Source: Octopus vulgaris (lineage: Eukaryota). From it: a stretch of DNA of 64,000 nt. Below, piece after piece: positions 12,753 to 25,762 of the stretch (its first letter is position 1; every line of letters begins with the position of its first letter). The notes below the pieces were generated by a model. That model saw nothing but the letters and a program-made list of their open reading frames with translations. It made no database searches and was not told where the DNA came from. Location: NCBI GenBank assembly GCA_951406725.2, contig OX597825.1, positions 34,038,001 to 34,102,000 of the forward strand, in the 5' to 3' direction. Both the position numbers and the translations under genes were made by a program.

Positions 12753-12966
12753 TCATTGGCACACAAATATTGCTTTAGAGCTGAACAGGGACACAAAACT
12801 ACCTTGTTCGAAAATATAAGGACGCAGATAGTGTGTTGATAGCTAGCTGGAGACAATGTTTGCTGGGTCTAAATAGCAATAACATTCATCCTAACCAGGA
12901 CTGTCACATTATGTTGGCAAATAATCTTTACTCTTTCTCTCTCTCTTTCACTCTTTCTCTCTCTCT

Positions 12967-13042
<76 letters not shown>

Positions 13043-13299
13043 TGCAAACAGACAAATAAATATGCTTAGGTTTATAGATATATACATAACAAAACTTTTG
13101 TTAACATTGAAAATGTTCAAAAAAGCTAATGTTTCATTCAAACCATGGGGTCGAAACTATAATGAAGCTAAAAGACGTTCTTTTCCCGATATGACTTCAA
13201 GATGCTACATACTAGCAAATAATGAATGCATTACAATTAATCATGCTGAAGGAGAGATTGTTAATTGTGGTCAGACTCAAACTGCAAGAGTAAGTAAAT

Positions 13300-13800
13300 C
13301 AATGACTTTCTACTTAGGATTAATTCTCAAGTCTCCTTCTATCCATCTGAATAGGATGAGAGAAAACCCAGACGAGGAATTCATGAAACTCATTTTTATT
13401 GTTGGCTTATCATGAGCAGAGGTAAAGCTGAAATATTTAGATCAATTTCGACATCATTCTAAAATTAAATATACTGAAATAGCTGCTCTTACATCCACAA
13501 TAGAATCAGAAACACTATTTGCAAGCAATTGACAGCTTACATCAGTAACAACAACAAACTTTAATGTTAACAAAAAGACTGCTAGCAGCAGCAGTCGTAA
13601 TATCGTTAGTATAGTGAAATATCGGAATTGTCTGGGGGACACATAAAATGCATGAATATCCAGCATATGGGAAAGGATGTCACAAATGTCGGAAAGTAGG
13701 GCGTTTTGCAAGATTTTGCCAATCTAAATTTGAGTGTAACGTGTATAACGTAAATGGGTTTCCAAGTAAGGCTGGTTTTAAAGTTGGTTTTAATCAAATG
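13300..13800 (+). pseudogene. Highly degenerate LTR-retrotransposon gag remnant
   Basis: YPAYGKGCHKCRKVGRFARFC at ~13657-13720 resembles the Gypsy gag CPAxGKxCxxCxKxGHFAxxC zinc knuckle; multiple stops. Confidence 0.55.
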
Positions 13801-14207
13801 CTAAATGTGAGCAGGTAGATAACCTTGATTTTTGTAAATGACAGAGACATTGGTATTTTGGTAATCATTCAAAACTGAATCACCAGATACGTGATTAGAT
13901 ATCACGAGTCAACCACCATAGTTTCACGTGATTGGTATCATTATTCACCAACTCATCAAGTCATCCAGCCATGAACGGTGACAATATGAGGGTGGATACT
14001 GGAGTAGTTTGTTCGATAGTTCCATTTTCATTCACTTCACAATTTAACATTTCAGTCAAATCATGTTATAAACACTTAACCACTTTTGTTGGTTCAGATC
14101 TAAAGGGGGTTGGATCAATCCTTGTAAAATTTGAACTCATTGGTACAGAGGAAGCTTGTTGCTTTATTGTAGTAGATAGTACTTACACTTTTGGACTGCT
14201 TGGAGAG

Positions 14208-14508
14208 TGGAGGCACATGGCCTAGTGGTTAGAGCAGCGAACTCACGGTTGAGGGATAGCAGGTTCGAATCTCAGACCGTGCGATATGTGTGTTTATGAG
14301 CGAAACACCTAAGCTCCATGCGGCTCCGGCAGAAAGTAATGGCGAACTTCTGCTGACTCTTTCGCCACAACTTTCTCTCACTCTTTCCTCCTGTGTCTTG
14401 CAGCTTGCCTGCGATGGACCAGCGTCCCATTCAGGTGGGGAACCTATATGACAAGGAAACTGGGAAACCGGCCCTTATGAGTCAGGCATGGTTCTAGAAG
14501 GAACAAAC
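14208..14508 (+). mobile_element. tRNA-derived SINE
   Basis: tggcctagtggttagagc...ggttcgaatc A/B boxes; homologous to 1818-2089. Confidence 0.85.
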
Positions 14509-14809
14509 TGATTGGAAAAGATATTATTAAGGACAGCTCATTTTGTTTCAAGTTAAATGCAAAAACTTTAACAGAGGTTAAATGTGTAGCAAGATTTGAA
14601 ACCAAATGACCAAATTGCCAAGTTAAAGTCCCAGCTTAGCAACAGCTTTTTCATGTGATCAGCCAAGTTATGGAACAATCAGCAACAAGACATCATGTGA
14701 CGTATCTTTCTAGAAGCTGCTAGAACATCGCTTTTACAAAGCTTATATACAGGCACGTTTTGAGCACCGAACTTTCAGTTAGTGGCTGCCCTAAGCTAAG
14801 CAAACAATA

Positions 14810-15018
14810 TTCTTTGCTACTCTAGGCACAAGGCCTGAAATTTTGGGGGAGGGGGCCAGTTGATTAAATTGATCCCAGTATGCAACTTAATTTATCAACC
14901 CCAAAATTATGAAAGGCAAAGTTGACCTGAGCGGAATTTGGACTCAGAACATAAAGGCAGGTGAAATACTACTAAGTATTTTGCCTGGTGTGCTAACTTT
15001 TCTGCCAGCTCACTGCCT
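14810..15018 (-). mobile_element. SINE (~210 bp family)
   Basis: Sequence similarity to other copies in the window. Confidence 0.8.
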
Positions 15019-15981
15019 TAAGCTAAGCAAACCATTTTGACATCTTTCTGCTTTTAACAATCATTCTCATGACTGCAGAGCTGCAGTTCACTGACCTAAA
15101 ATCAGTCTGTATATTTTGTCCTGTTCTAGCCGCTTAATCACAGTGCGTTCTAATCAACTATTTGTAATAACTACAGAATTGTTCTACCAGCGTGTAAATT
15201 TTGTTGTCGCATTTTTTAATTCAGGACCTACAATGGAAATATGCGGTGAAATAAAATTATGTTAATTGTTCATGAGTGTTGTGCATTCATTATATGCAGT
15301 CTGAACCCAACTCAACCGCCAGCATTTCATATTATTCATTCTATATCTATTGAAACAACGGTTAACACCACCTTGCAGCAAAGGCTTTGTTGCTCATATT
15401 AACTGCCAGGATGTGATTTAGCGTGATTTGTTCAGCAAAACATGTTCTCATCAATTTAGAAAATAAAGTCAAAGATGTGTTGCAGAGGTTGGAAGTGGTG
15501 AGTCCTATTACTCTGTCAGATTACCCTGGAATCAGATGTACCTTAATCATGATCTGGATAATTAAAAAAGAATGTGTTTCTTCGTATGTGTGTTGATTAC
15601 AAGGCACATTTAAATGCACATATTGACACCTATTCTTTTCCCATATCATCGATTGATACTATATTCTCTAGCATGACAGATGCAAAAGTTTTCTCATCTC
15701 TCTATTTAAAGCATGTGTTTGGCAAATACCTTTAGCTGAGGATGCAAGATGTGTTTGTACTATCAATACAACCAATGGTTTGTACTTAGTCAACAGACTT
15801 CACCTAAGTCTTAAGCGTTAAAGTGTTATATTTCATAACTGTATAGAAACTTTACTGAAGCGGACTGAAGACGATATCCTCATCTATGCTAGTAACGAAT
15901 CAAAATTAATGAGCAGAGAGAATGTGGTAGTCACAAGTTTAACCAGTTATTTTCAAAGAAAACAAAGAAAAGTTATTTTCT

Positions 15982-16452
15982 ATTAAGGTTGTCCCATAAG
16001 TTCTGAGCATTTTTTAATATGTGAAAGGGGATATAAAATTGACCTTTCAATAAATTCTATTAAATGAAATAATTTCCATTATTATTAATGACTTTTGCCC
16101 ATCTATCAGGTAATTTAAATATTCCATCAGCATAAAATTTGACCAGTTTTGGATACAAAGTTATCTAGATGCATTCTGACTTCATCTAAATCGTCAAATG
16201 CTTTTTCTTGCAATGAGTTCTGTAGAGACAAAAAAATGGTAGGTGGATGACACAATGTCAGGAGAATATGGTGGATTGGGTAAGAGATCCCATCCAAGTT
16301 TATGTAAGTTTGTTTGGCTAACTAAAGACACATGTGGTCAAGCATTGTCTTGTTGGAACATTACTCCTTTCCTGTTGACAATTTGCAGCCTCAATTCTTT
16401 GATTATTTGGTTCAAATTAGCTAGCTGACGAAAGTACACATCAGAATTAATG
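15982..16452 (-). mobile_element. Mariner transposase 3' remnant with TIR-like end
   Basis: Minus: QQDNA*PH...WDLLPNPPYSPDIVSSTYHFF; TA-ttaaggttgtcccataagttc terminus. Confidence 0.7.
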
Positions 16453-17024
16453 GCAGGGCTGGATTTATAGGAGATCGTAGAGGGCAACTGCCCTGAGCAT
16501 CCACTAGATATAGGGCTCTCCTGCTATGGAGGGTATGTAACATTCAATACAGGGATCACCCACCTTTCAGCAACCTCACACACAGAGGTTCTCTTTCAAT
16601 AAACAAACATAACTTAGAAAATGTAATAGATTTTTTTTTTACAAATAACCATAGTTTTAACTACATTAGTGACATCCATTCATTCAATTAAAAACACTTT
16701 ACTACCTATTCCCAAAGCAGCCATAATTTCCATGGGAAATAGATAGCAGTTCCTTTTGGGACATTGACAGAAAACAACAAAACACTCCAAAAAGTGTATG
16801 CATCTGTGCATGTGTGAGTGTGTGTGTATGTGTGTGAGTGTGAAAGAGAGAGAGAGTACGGATGTATATAAAGGCAGATAAAGTGATTGATAGAAAGGAG
16901 TTACTTGTTGTCTCTAATTCAAATTCTTTCTTTCAGTGCATGATTGACCACTGGCCATTAAACACACACACACACCTATTGCCATTGTAAACTTCCTTAT
17001 TTTAGTGAGGCATTGAAAACTGGT

Positions 17025-17970
17025 CTTATCTTATGAAAGAGCTGAGTAAAAAGTAAGCAACGTTTTGAAACATGAAATTCATCACAATACATTTCAACAA
17101 TGCAGGAATTTTATTCATCAAAGTAAGTACCATTACAGTCAGCATAATTTTGCCGACAAGTTTCAAGTTTGTTTGTTCCACTAACATAAAAATCTGGAGT
17201 TCTGCAGCTAATAAACTCTTTTGATTCACTTTCAGCATTGGTTTGATTTTTGAACTCCTTCACTCACAGGACACAATCAAGGTGCTTGAAAAAGTGGTAG
17301 TCAGTAGGAGAAAGGTGTGGAGAATAAGCTGGGTGGGGAAGAACTTCGTAGCCAAGTCCTCCCAACTTCTGGAGTGTCATTAGTGAAACGTGCAGTTAAG
17401 CATTGTCATGAAAGATGATTGGCATTCTTCTGGGATGGAGGAGTGTCAGTTTTTCGTTCATTTTGGCAATTTCATGGCAATATGTCTCTGCAGTATTGAT
17501 TTTTCTAGGTTTAAAGAAGATATAATGGATGAGTCTAGCAGTACACCACCAAACGGTTACCATAATCTTCTTTTTGAAGAGCTTGGGTTTGGGAAGATTT
17601 TCGGTGCTTCATGTTGGTCCAACTACTGCAAAGAACGTTTTTTATTATTGTACAGAATCCAATTTTCATTGCAAGTTACAATTTGGTCAAGAAATGGATT
17701 TGTCTGGTTACAGAGAAGCAGCAAGCAAATTTCATATCTGCACATTTTTTGATTTCCATTCAAATCATGTGGTACCCATTTGTCAAGCCTTTTTGATTTT
17801 CCAATCACATGCAAATGGTTGCAGGCAGTTTTCTGGCTAACTTGAAGTTCATTTGCCAGTTCTCGAGTGGTTTCATGTGGATCTTTCTCAATGATGGTCT
17901 TTAGTTGATCGTCATCGATGACAGATGGGTGTCCAGGCAAGTCTATGTCTGTGTTATCAGACAATTGCAA
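17025..17970 (-). mobile_element. Degenerate mariner transposase (SETMAR/Hsmar-like)
   Basis: ORF 17623-17970 has TTRELA, WVPHDL, IVTCNENWILYNN; downstream PHPAYSPHLSPTDYHFF. Confidence 0.85.
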
Positions 17971-18644
17971 AGAATGTTTTTAAAAAATTCAAAACTCTGC
18001 AAAAATCCAGTACGAATTCTTCATGGTTCATAATGTTGCTTACTTTTTACTGAACCTGATAATATGTTCAAAACTTTAAATTTTGAATTTAGTTTTAATT
18101 ATAAAATTACATCTCTCAACACCTCAAATCATTTCTTTTTCAGCTTTAGAATTATTGGCATATGGCATTTCAGAAGAATTGTTCTTGCTATTGTGAAGAC
18201 CTATGAGAAGACCAAAACTCATATGTTGTCATCTGATGGAGAAAGGGAATTTTATTGGAATAGCTGTCCTATATATGTTGTAATGGTCACAGTTGGGACG
18301 TCTTTGATCATATCTGTTCCATCAGATTCGATCAAAGATGTCTCAACTGTGACCATTCCATCTTTCTACCCAGACATAGTGGACTCTATGTGTTTATCAC
18401 AGGATAGAGGTTTATTTTATTCTGTATATATAAAAGCTTGGCTATTTTTTCTAGCAGGTCATGCAACCACATACAGGCTCCATAGTTGGTCTGTCTCAGT
18501 AATAATTTTGTTGTTATTTAGCCTCGAATCAATCCTGATACAGCAAACCTATGTTGTTATAAAAAAACATCTCTGGTTATTAAAGAAGGGTTTTGTTAGG
18601 GGAGTGGACACGGAAGTTGTTGTTCGCAAAAAGCAGCAGTAATT

Positions 18645-18854
18645 TTCTTCAGCTGAATACATGCCATTGATTGGTTAAAATTACCCAAATACAACAACTT
18701 TAACACAAAATAACTTCTAAAATACAAAATTTTGTCAAAAACATTAAGAGTAAACTCTGTTCAGTGTGACACATTCTACCAGTATCTGAAGTTTCAAAGT
18801 GTTTAGTTACAAAAAAATTCATTAAAAAATCTGTTGGTCAGATTGAAAAGATCC
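18645..18854. mobile_element. Right arm of the Merlin-like foldback MITE family
   Basis: Similar to 6760-6973; ends ...gaaaagatcc. Confidence 0.6.
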
Positions 18855-18859
18855 ATTTC

Positions 18860-20140
18860 TCTAATTATAAAAAAAAAAGATTAAGAAAATAACAAGAACT
18901 CATTAGTGTTGGGGTATTTGCTGTTTCAGTTCTTTGTCTTTTGTATAGAAATATGTTTCTTTTGACATTTGAAGTGAATAATCATATTTATTTGCACTGG
19001 AAAGTACTTCACACATTCAACCATCAATTTATCATATTTAATGTATATACATGGCTGATAGGCCAACTGCTGCAGTTTTTATTCAAGAAAGACATCTCTT
19101 ATGGAGATGCTGTTTAAAAACATTATGTTGGAGGGAGATGAAAAATCATTCCAAGAAGTTCAAACAGCATCCAGTGTTCTCACTAGCCACTGCCGGAATA
19201 ACTTTTCCACTTCCGTTTGGCGGGTGGGGGGGCATGTACATGCATGTGTGTTTGTGTGAGTGTTTGTGTGTGTGTGTATCTTTCACTGAAGTTTATCAGC
19301 TAAAACAGCTGGTGCTTGTCAACAAGGCTTTGCGTTTATATTTGTTTCGTGCCATGTTACACACTTCCTTGGTTGTTCTCACCATCAGGATGTGAGGGAA
19401 TCTGGGATTGGACAGTTGGACAAAGTTATTATTAAAAAACTAAAATATAAAACAAATGAAATAATCATATGTTAAAAGCCACTTGTGCATTTCATATGAC
19501 ACTCCTTAATTTATTTAAAAGGTGACAAAGTTATTAACAAACATACTCGATTATTCAAATAAATTTCAGTTGTCTGAATTAAGACAACACCAATAAGAAT
19601 GCAACAACTGAAAACTGTCTAATATTAGACTTGTCAGTTTAAATATAGATTTTCCTGTTCCTCCTCTCACTTTTTTTTACTCATCTCTTTTTATTTTAAG
19701 TAGCCTTCAGTAATTTGGGCATTAAAGTAATTTCATTAATTATTAAAAAAAAATTAAGAAAAAGAAAAAAACAACTTATTAGTGTTGGGAAATTTCAGTT
19801 CTTTATCTTTTGTAGAGAAATATATTTTGTTTAACATAAGAAGTAAATAATCATATTTATTTGGCTTTGAAAGAATTAGCTACTTCACTTTCTTGAAATT
19901 TAAAACAAACGGTGTTGTTTAGTTTCAAACTTCACACACACAACCATCAATTTATCATACTTAATATATATATACACCGTTGATAGGCTAGTTGTTGCAG
20001 GTTTTATTCAAGAAAAAATCTCTTATGGACGTACTGTTTAAAAACACTGTATATCGGTGGGAGAGAAAAAGTCATCCCAAGATCAAACAGTATCTGTTGT
20101 TCTCACTAGCCGATGCAGGAATGACTTTTCCTCTCCCAAC
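18860..20140. repeat. Diverged local direct duplication (~18860-19215 vs ~19735-20135)
   Basis: Shared blocks ttagtgttggg, aataatcatatttatt, caaccatcaatttatcata, ttttattcaagaaa, tgttctcactagcc. Confidence 0.8.
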
Positions 20141-20141
20141 A

Positions 20142-20191
<50 letters not shown>

Positions 20192-20344
20192 GTGGGTTGG
20201 TATTAGGAAAGGCATCCAGCCATTGAAGCTATGCCAAATCAGACAGAAGATTGGCGCAGCCCCTCAGATTAAAAGCCTTGGTCAAACTGTCCAATTCATG
20301 ACAGCATGGACAATGGACATTAAATGATGATAATGATGATGATG

Positions 20345-20755
20345 ATGTGGGTGTGTGGTAAGAAGCTTGCTTCCCAACCACATGGTTCTGGCTTCAGTCC
20401 CATTGCATGGAAACTTGGACATGTGTCGTCTACTATAGCCTCAAGCCGACCAAAGCTTTGTGAGTGGATTTGGTTTACAGAAACTGAAAGAAGCTCATCG
20501 TATATATATATATATGTATATATATGTATATGTATGTATGTATGTATGTATTTGTGTCTGTGTTTGTCCCCACTACCATTGCATGACAACCAATGTTGGT
20601 GTGTTGGTGAGTTTACATCCCCATAACTTAATGTTTCAGCAAAAGTGACCCATAGAGCTTACAAAGAATAAGTCCTGTGTCAATTTATTCAACTAAAATT
20701 CGGTGCTCCAATAAGGCTGCAGTTAGATGACTGAAACAAATAAAAGAGTAAAAGA
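20345..20755 (+). mobile_element. tRNA-derived SINE with internal (TA)n/(TATG)n
   Basis: tgtgtggtaagaagcttgcttcccaaccacatggtt...; same family at 27085-27510, 35415-35580, 58530-58690. Confidence 0.85.
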
Positions 20756-20788
20756 GTATGAGTGTGTGTGTATATTTATATATATATG

Positions 20789-20838
<50 letters not shown>

Positions 20839-21023
20839 AATAAGAAAAAGGAGAACAATTTAGTTTGTTCATCAACTTTCGGATATTAGAATGTTGAATT
20901 ATTTATTCATTTAAAAAAATTAGAACTTTAAGAGCATACATATATACCTTATAATTCAATACATATAAGATAAAAATGCAAATTATAAAAATCATAATAT
21001 AAATTATTGAAATCATTAAAATC

Positions 21024-21152
21024 ATTCCTTACAGCTGTTTCAGCATATGGTTAAAAGTATTTTTTTATTGCCTATAGTTGTCAATTATATTGAAGTTGTA
21101 GGCATTTAAGAATAGGTTACTTATATATATAACCATAGGCCTCGTCAGAGAT
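21024..21152 (-). ncRNA. Type I hammerhead motif with ~100 nt extended stem II
   Basis: Minus: tct-CTGACGA-ggcctatggtta...taaccatatgct-GAAA-cagctg-TA-agg; stem I weak. Confidence 0.6.
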
Positions 21153-21833
21153 TATAAAGAACTCCAAAAATTTTAATATATGAAACAGGATAGACATTTA
21201 ATTAATATATATAAAAAATATGAACAAATATCCATATAGACTTATACATAAACATATATACATACATAAGCAGAGTAAATATACTTTTACATGTGTAAAA
21301 ATACATAAATAAACACAATTAAACTATAGGTCCAAGTAAATAGATCATTCGTCATATACATATATATACATATATACTGGAACATATAAACACGTCTATG
21401 CTCATGACTACATAAACAATAATCAATTATTATTATTAGACTACTGGAATTCTGTGATGCATGTAACCTTTTAATCTGCAACACTAACTTCAGGAAGCCT
21501 GACTGCCACCTTATAACTTATCAGTCAGGGGACTCCGCTAGCCAAATAGACTTCATCCTCACCAGACAGCGGGATGCAGGGTCGCTCTTAAATACAAAGA
21601 CCCTCCCGGGTGAAGAGTGTATCCCTCAGCATAGGCTAATAATTAGTGACTTTAGGCTTGAGGCCAGAAAGACTCCAAGAAACAGACCAATCCAGAAAAG
21701 AAGGATTTGGGAGCTAAAGAACCCTTCACATGGTCAGAGATTTAGGGACATCCTCATAAAGAAATTTGATGAGAGGGAGGAGGAGCTACAGACGTCGGAC
21801 ATAGAAGGTAGCTGGAAATTCCTACGGGACAGC

Positions 21834-23939
21834 TTGCTGAGTGCCACAGACCAAGTCTGTGGATGGGGCAATGTTCCTTCCAGACCTAGAGTTACGTGGT
21901 GGTGGAATAGTGCAGTAGACAAAGCCATTAGTTCTAAGAAACAGGCCTGGAGAGCCTGGAGAGCCTGGAGGGATGGGGGTAGCAGGGAACCGTACCAAGT
22001 AGCCAAAAGGGAGGCCGGGCGGCAGGTAAACATAGCCAAAGATATAGCAGAAAAGAAGAAGTTTGCCAATGTCCAGCGACGTGAGGACCAAAGAACTGAG
22101 GTATTTCGGATTGCTAGACAGTGTGTGAGAGAAAATAGTGATGTTACAGGAGAGAAATGTGTCCGCATGGATGATGGGGCACTTGCCTTTAATGTTGGTG
22201 AAAAGAAAGAGGCTTGGAGAAGCCATTATGAAAGACTGCTGAATGTGGAGAATGAATGGGAGGAGGAGAGCCTGCCAAATGTTGACCCAGTAGAGGGACC
22301 AGCTATCCGAATAGACGACTCCCTAGTAGATAAAGCAATTAAGGATATGAAACCGGGTAAAACCCCCGGCCCATCAGGAATCACTGCTGAGATGCTTAAA
22401 ACAGCTGGCTATGCGGGCTATGGCCTAGTCACCCGTATTGTTAACCAGGTAGTTCACAATGGAGTCATACCCAATGACTGGCGTAGCAGCACCATAGTCA
22501 ACTGCTACAAGGGTAAGGGTGATGCTCTAGATAGAAATAACTACAGGGGTATTAAACTGTTGGATCAGGTGATGAAGACCACAGAGAGGGTCATAACCCA
22601 TCTCATTAGGGAGAGAATTTGCTTAGATGAGATGCAGTTCGGTTTTGTGCCAGGTACAAGCACCACTGATGCTATATTCCTGGTCCGACAACTGCAGAAG
22701 AAGTACCTAGCTAAAGATAAACCCCTCTACATAGCTTTTGTGGACTTGGAGAAAGCCTTTGACATGGTTCCCCGATCCCTTATCTGGTGGTCGATGCGGA
22801 AACTGTTGATTGACGAATGGCTAATAAGGGCTGTACAGGCTCTATACAGAGAGGCTGTCAGCAAGGTTAGGATTGGCAACGAATATAGTGAAGAATTCCG
22901 GGTTGAAGTAGGTGTACACCAGGGCTCGGCCCTCAGTCCCCTTTTATTCATCATAGTCCTCCAGGCAATAACAGAGGAATTCAAAACAGGTTGCCCCTGG
23001 GAGCTCCTCTATGCTGATGACCTGGCCCTCATAGCAGAATCACTACCGGAACTAAAAAAGAAATTTCGGGTGTGGAAACAAGGGTTAGAATCTAAGGGCC
23101 TTAGAGTAAATGTAGCGAAGACCAAAGTTATAGTATGCAGAAAGGCGAACTCAGCACACACCCCATCGGGCAGGTGGCCCTGCTCGAGCTGTAGGAAAGG
23201 TGTAGGTAGAAACTCCATAAGATGCACCCAGTGTAAGCTATGGACGCATAAGAGGTGCAGCAACATCAAAGGGAAATTAACTGATAAGATAGATTTCATG
23301 TGCGGCAGATGCACAGGGACAATAGACACCACAGACACTCAAAAAACAGATTCCATCACACTCCAGGGGGAGAAACTAGAAGTAGTTGATAGTTTCCGCT
23401 ACCTGGGTGACCAAGTTAGTAGTGGGGGTGGATGCACAGAGAGTGTCACCACTAGAATATGAATAGCCTGGGCAAAGTTTAGAAAGCTCCTACCCCTACT
23501 GGCGACAAAGGGTCTCTCACTCAGAGTGAAAGGTAGATTGTATGATGCATGTGTGCGAACCGCCATGCTTCACAGCAGTGAAACATGGGCCGTGACTGCA
23601 GAGGACATGCGTAGACTTGAAAGAAATGAAGCTAGCATGATCCGCTGGATGTGTAATGTCAGTGTGAATGCACGACAGAGTGTAAGCACCCTGAGAGAAA
23701 TGCTAGGCATAAGAAGCATCAGATGCGGTGTGCAAGAGCGACACTTGCGATGGTATGGTCATGTACTGCGGATGGATGAGGAGAGATGTGTGAAGAAGTG
23801 CCACTCCCGAACAGTTGAAGGAATCAGGGGGAGAGGTAGACCTAGGAAGACATGGGATGAGGTAGTCAAGCATGACCTCAAGCGTTGGGCCTCACTGAGG
23901 CAATGGCGAAGGACCGAGATCTCTGGAGATGTGCTGTGA
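21834..23939 (+). pseudogene. RTE reverse transcriptase ORF (in-frame TGA at 23460, late frameshift) with embedded PHD-like finger
   Basis: NYRGIKLL, QFGFVPG, FVDLEKAFD, GVHQGSALSPLLF, LLYADDL, FRYLG; C-x2-C...C-x2-C-x4-H-x2-C...C-x2-C between YADD and YLG. Confidence 0.92.
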
Positions 23940-23999
23940 CTACTAAGACCCGAGATGCTTCCGGCACCAGTTCCGCATACCCCCTGCCCATCCAAAGTA

Positions 24000-25555
24000 C
24001 ATCTCGCTGTGCTTGAGGAGACCTGTGGAGTCAAGTGCATGTACATGAACATCGAACCAAATATCAATGGAAACAGTAGTTGTGATTCCTGTGCCGGTGA
24101 CACATAAAAAGCACCATCCGAACGTGGCCGTTGCCAGTGCAGCCTCCACTGGCTTCTGTGCCGGTGGCACATATAAAGCACCAACCGATCGTGGGATCCC
24201 GGAACATCTCGCTGTGCTTGAGGAGACCTGTTGAGTCAAGTGCATGTACATGAACATGAGAATCGAACCAAATATCAATGGAAACAGTAGCAGTTGTGAT
24301 ACCTGTGCCGGTGATACATAAAAAGCACCATCCGAACGTGGCCGTTGCCAGTGCAGCCTCCACTGGCTTCTGGGCCGGTGGCACATAAAAAGCTCCATCC
24401 GAACGTGGCCGATGCCAACCCCGCCAGCACCATCCGAATGTGGCCGCTGCCAGTGCAGCCTCCACTGGCTTCTGTGCCGGTGGCACATAAAAAGCTCCAT
24501 CCGAACGTGACTGATGCCAACCCCACCTCGAATGGCTTCTGTGCCGGTGGCACACACCAACCGATCGTGGGATCCCGGAACATCACGCTGTGCTTGAGGA
24601 GACCTGTTGAGTCAAGTGCATGTACATGAGAATCGAACCAAATATCAATGGAAACAGTAGTAGTTGTGATACCTGTGCCGGTGACACATAAAAAGCACCA
24701 TCCGAACGTGGCCGTTGCCAGTGCAGACTCCACTGGCTTCTGTGCCGGTGGCACATAAAAAGCTCCATCCGAACGTGACCGATGCCAACCTGCCAGCACC
24801 ATCTGAACGTGACCGATGCCAACCCCGCCAGCACCATCCGAACGTGGCCGTTGCCAGTGCAGCCTCCACTGGCTTCTGTGCCGGTGACACATAAAAAGCT
24901 CCATCCGAACGTGACCGATGCCAACCCCGCCTCGAATGGCTTCTGTGCCGGTGACACATAAAAAGCACCATCCGAACGTGGCCGATGCCAGTACCACCCC
25001 GACTGGCTTCTTGTGCCGGTGGCACATAAAAAGCACCATCCGAGCGTGGCCGACGCCAGCACAGCCTCGACTGGCTTCTGTGCAGGTGGCACATAAAAAG
25101 CACCAACTGATCGTGGGATCCCGGAACATCTTGCTGTGCTTGAGGAGACCTGTTGAGTCAAGTGCATGTACATGAACATCGAACCAAATATCAATGGGAA
25201 CAGTAGTTGTGATACCTGTGCCGGTGACACATAAAAAACACCATCCAAACGTGGCCAAGCACCATCCGAACGTGGCCAAGCACCATCCGAACGTGGCCGT
25301 TGCCAGTGCAGCCTCCACTGGCTTCTGTGCCAGTGGCACATAAAAAGCACCATCCGAACGTGACCGATGCCAACCCTGCCTCGAATGGCTTCTGTGCCGG
25401 TGGCACATAAAAAGCACCATCCGAACGTGGCCGATGCCAGCACCGCCTTGACTGGCTTCTGTGCCGGTAGTACATAAAAAAAAAAGCACCAACCGATCGT
25501 GGCCGATGCCAGACCCCTCTGGCACCTGTGCAGGTGGCACGTAAAAAGCACCCAC
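24000..25555 (+). repeat. Modular tandem array (~17 units, ~67 bp base period) in RTE 3' UTR
   Basis: Recurring TGTGCCGGTGGCACATAAAAAGCACC core separated by variable hairpin-forming linkers; ~115 bp module repeated at ~24000, 24204, 24581 and 25127. Confidence 0.95.
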
Positions 25556-25716
25556 TACACTCGCGGAGTGGTTGGCTTTAGGAAGGGCATCCAGCTGTAG
25601 AAACACTGCCAGACAAGACTGGAGCCTGGGGCAGCCCCTGGCTCCCCAGACCCCAGTCGAACCGTCCAACCCGTGCTAGCGCGGAAAACGGACGTTAAAC
25701 GATGATGATGATGATG

Positions 25717-25762
<46 letters not shown>

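Larger units (their letters stand above)
21438..25759 (+). mobile_element. RTE-clade LINE, 5'-truncated in APE, young, with long modular 3' UTR and (GAT)n(ATT)n tail
   Basis: APE end (ICNTNFRK, QIDFIL, PQHRLI), RT, RGRGRPRKTW terminus; flanked by ATT repeats. Confidence 0.95.

Noticed and set aside
14215-14280. Functional tRNA gene
   Set aside because: Pol III boxes belong to a SINE head followed by a conserved SINE body.
18064-18642. 192-aa plus-strand ORF
   Set aside because: No recognisable domain; the 3' part runs into repeat-like sequence; no supporting exon structure identified.
24000-25555. CRISPR array
   Set aside because: Linkers are homologous to each other, there are no cas genes, and the context is a eukaryotic LINE 3' UTR.
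23759-25669. Long minus-strand ORFs (up to 464 aa)
   Set aside because: Artefacts of the stop-poor tandem array; open in several frames.
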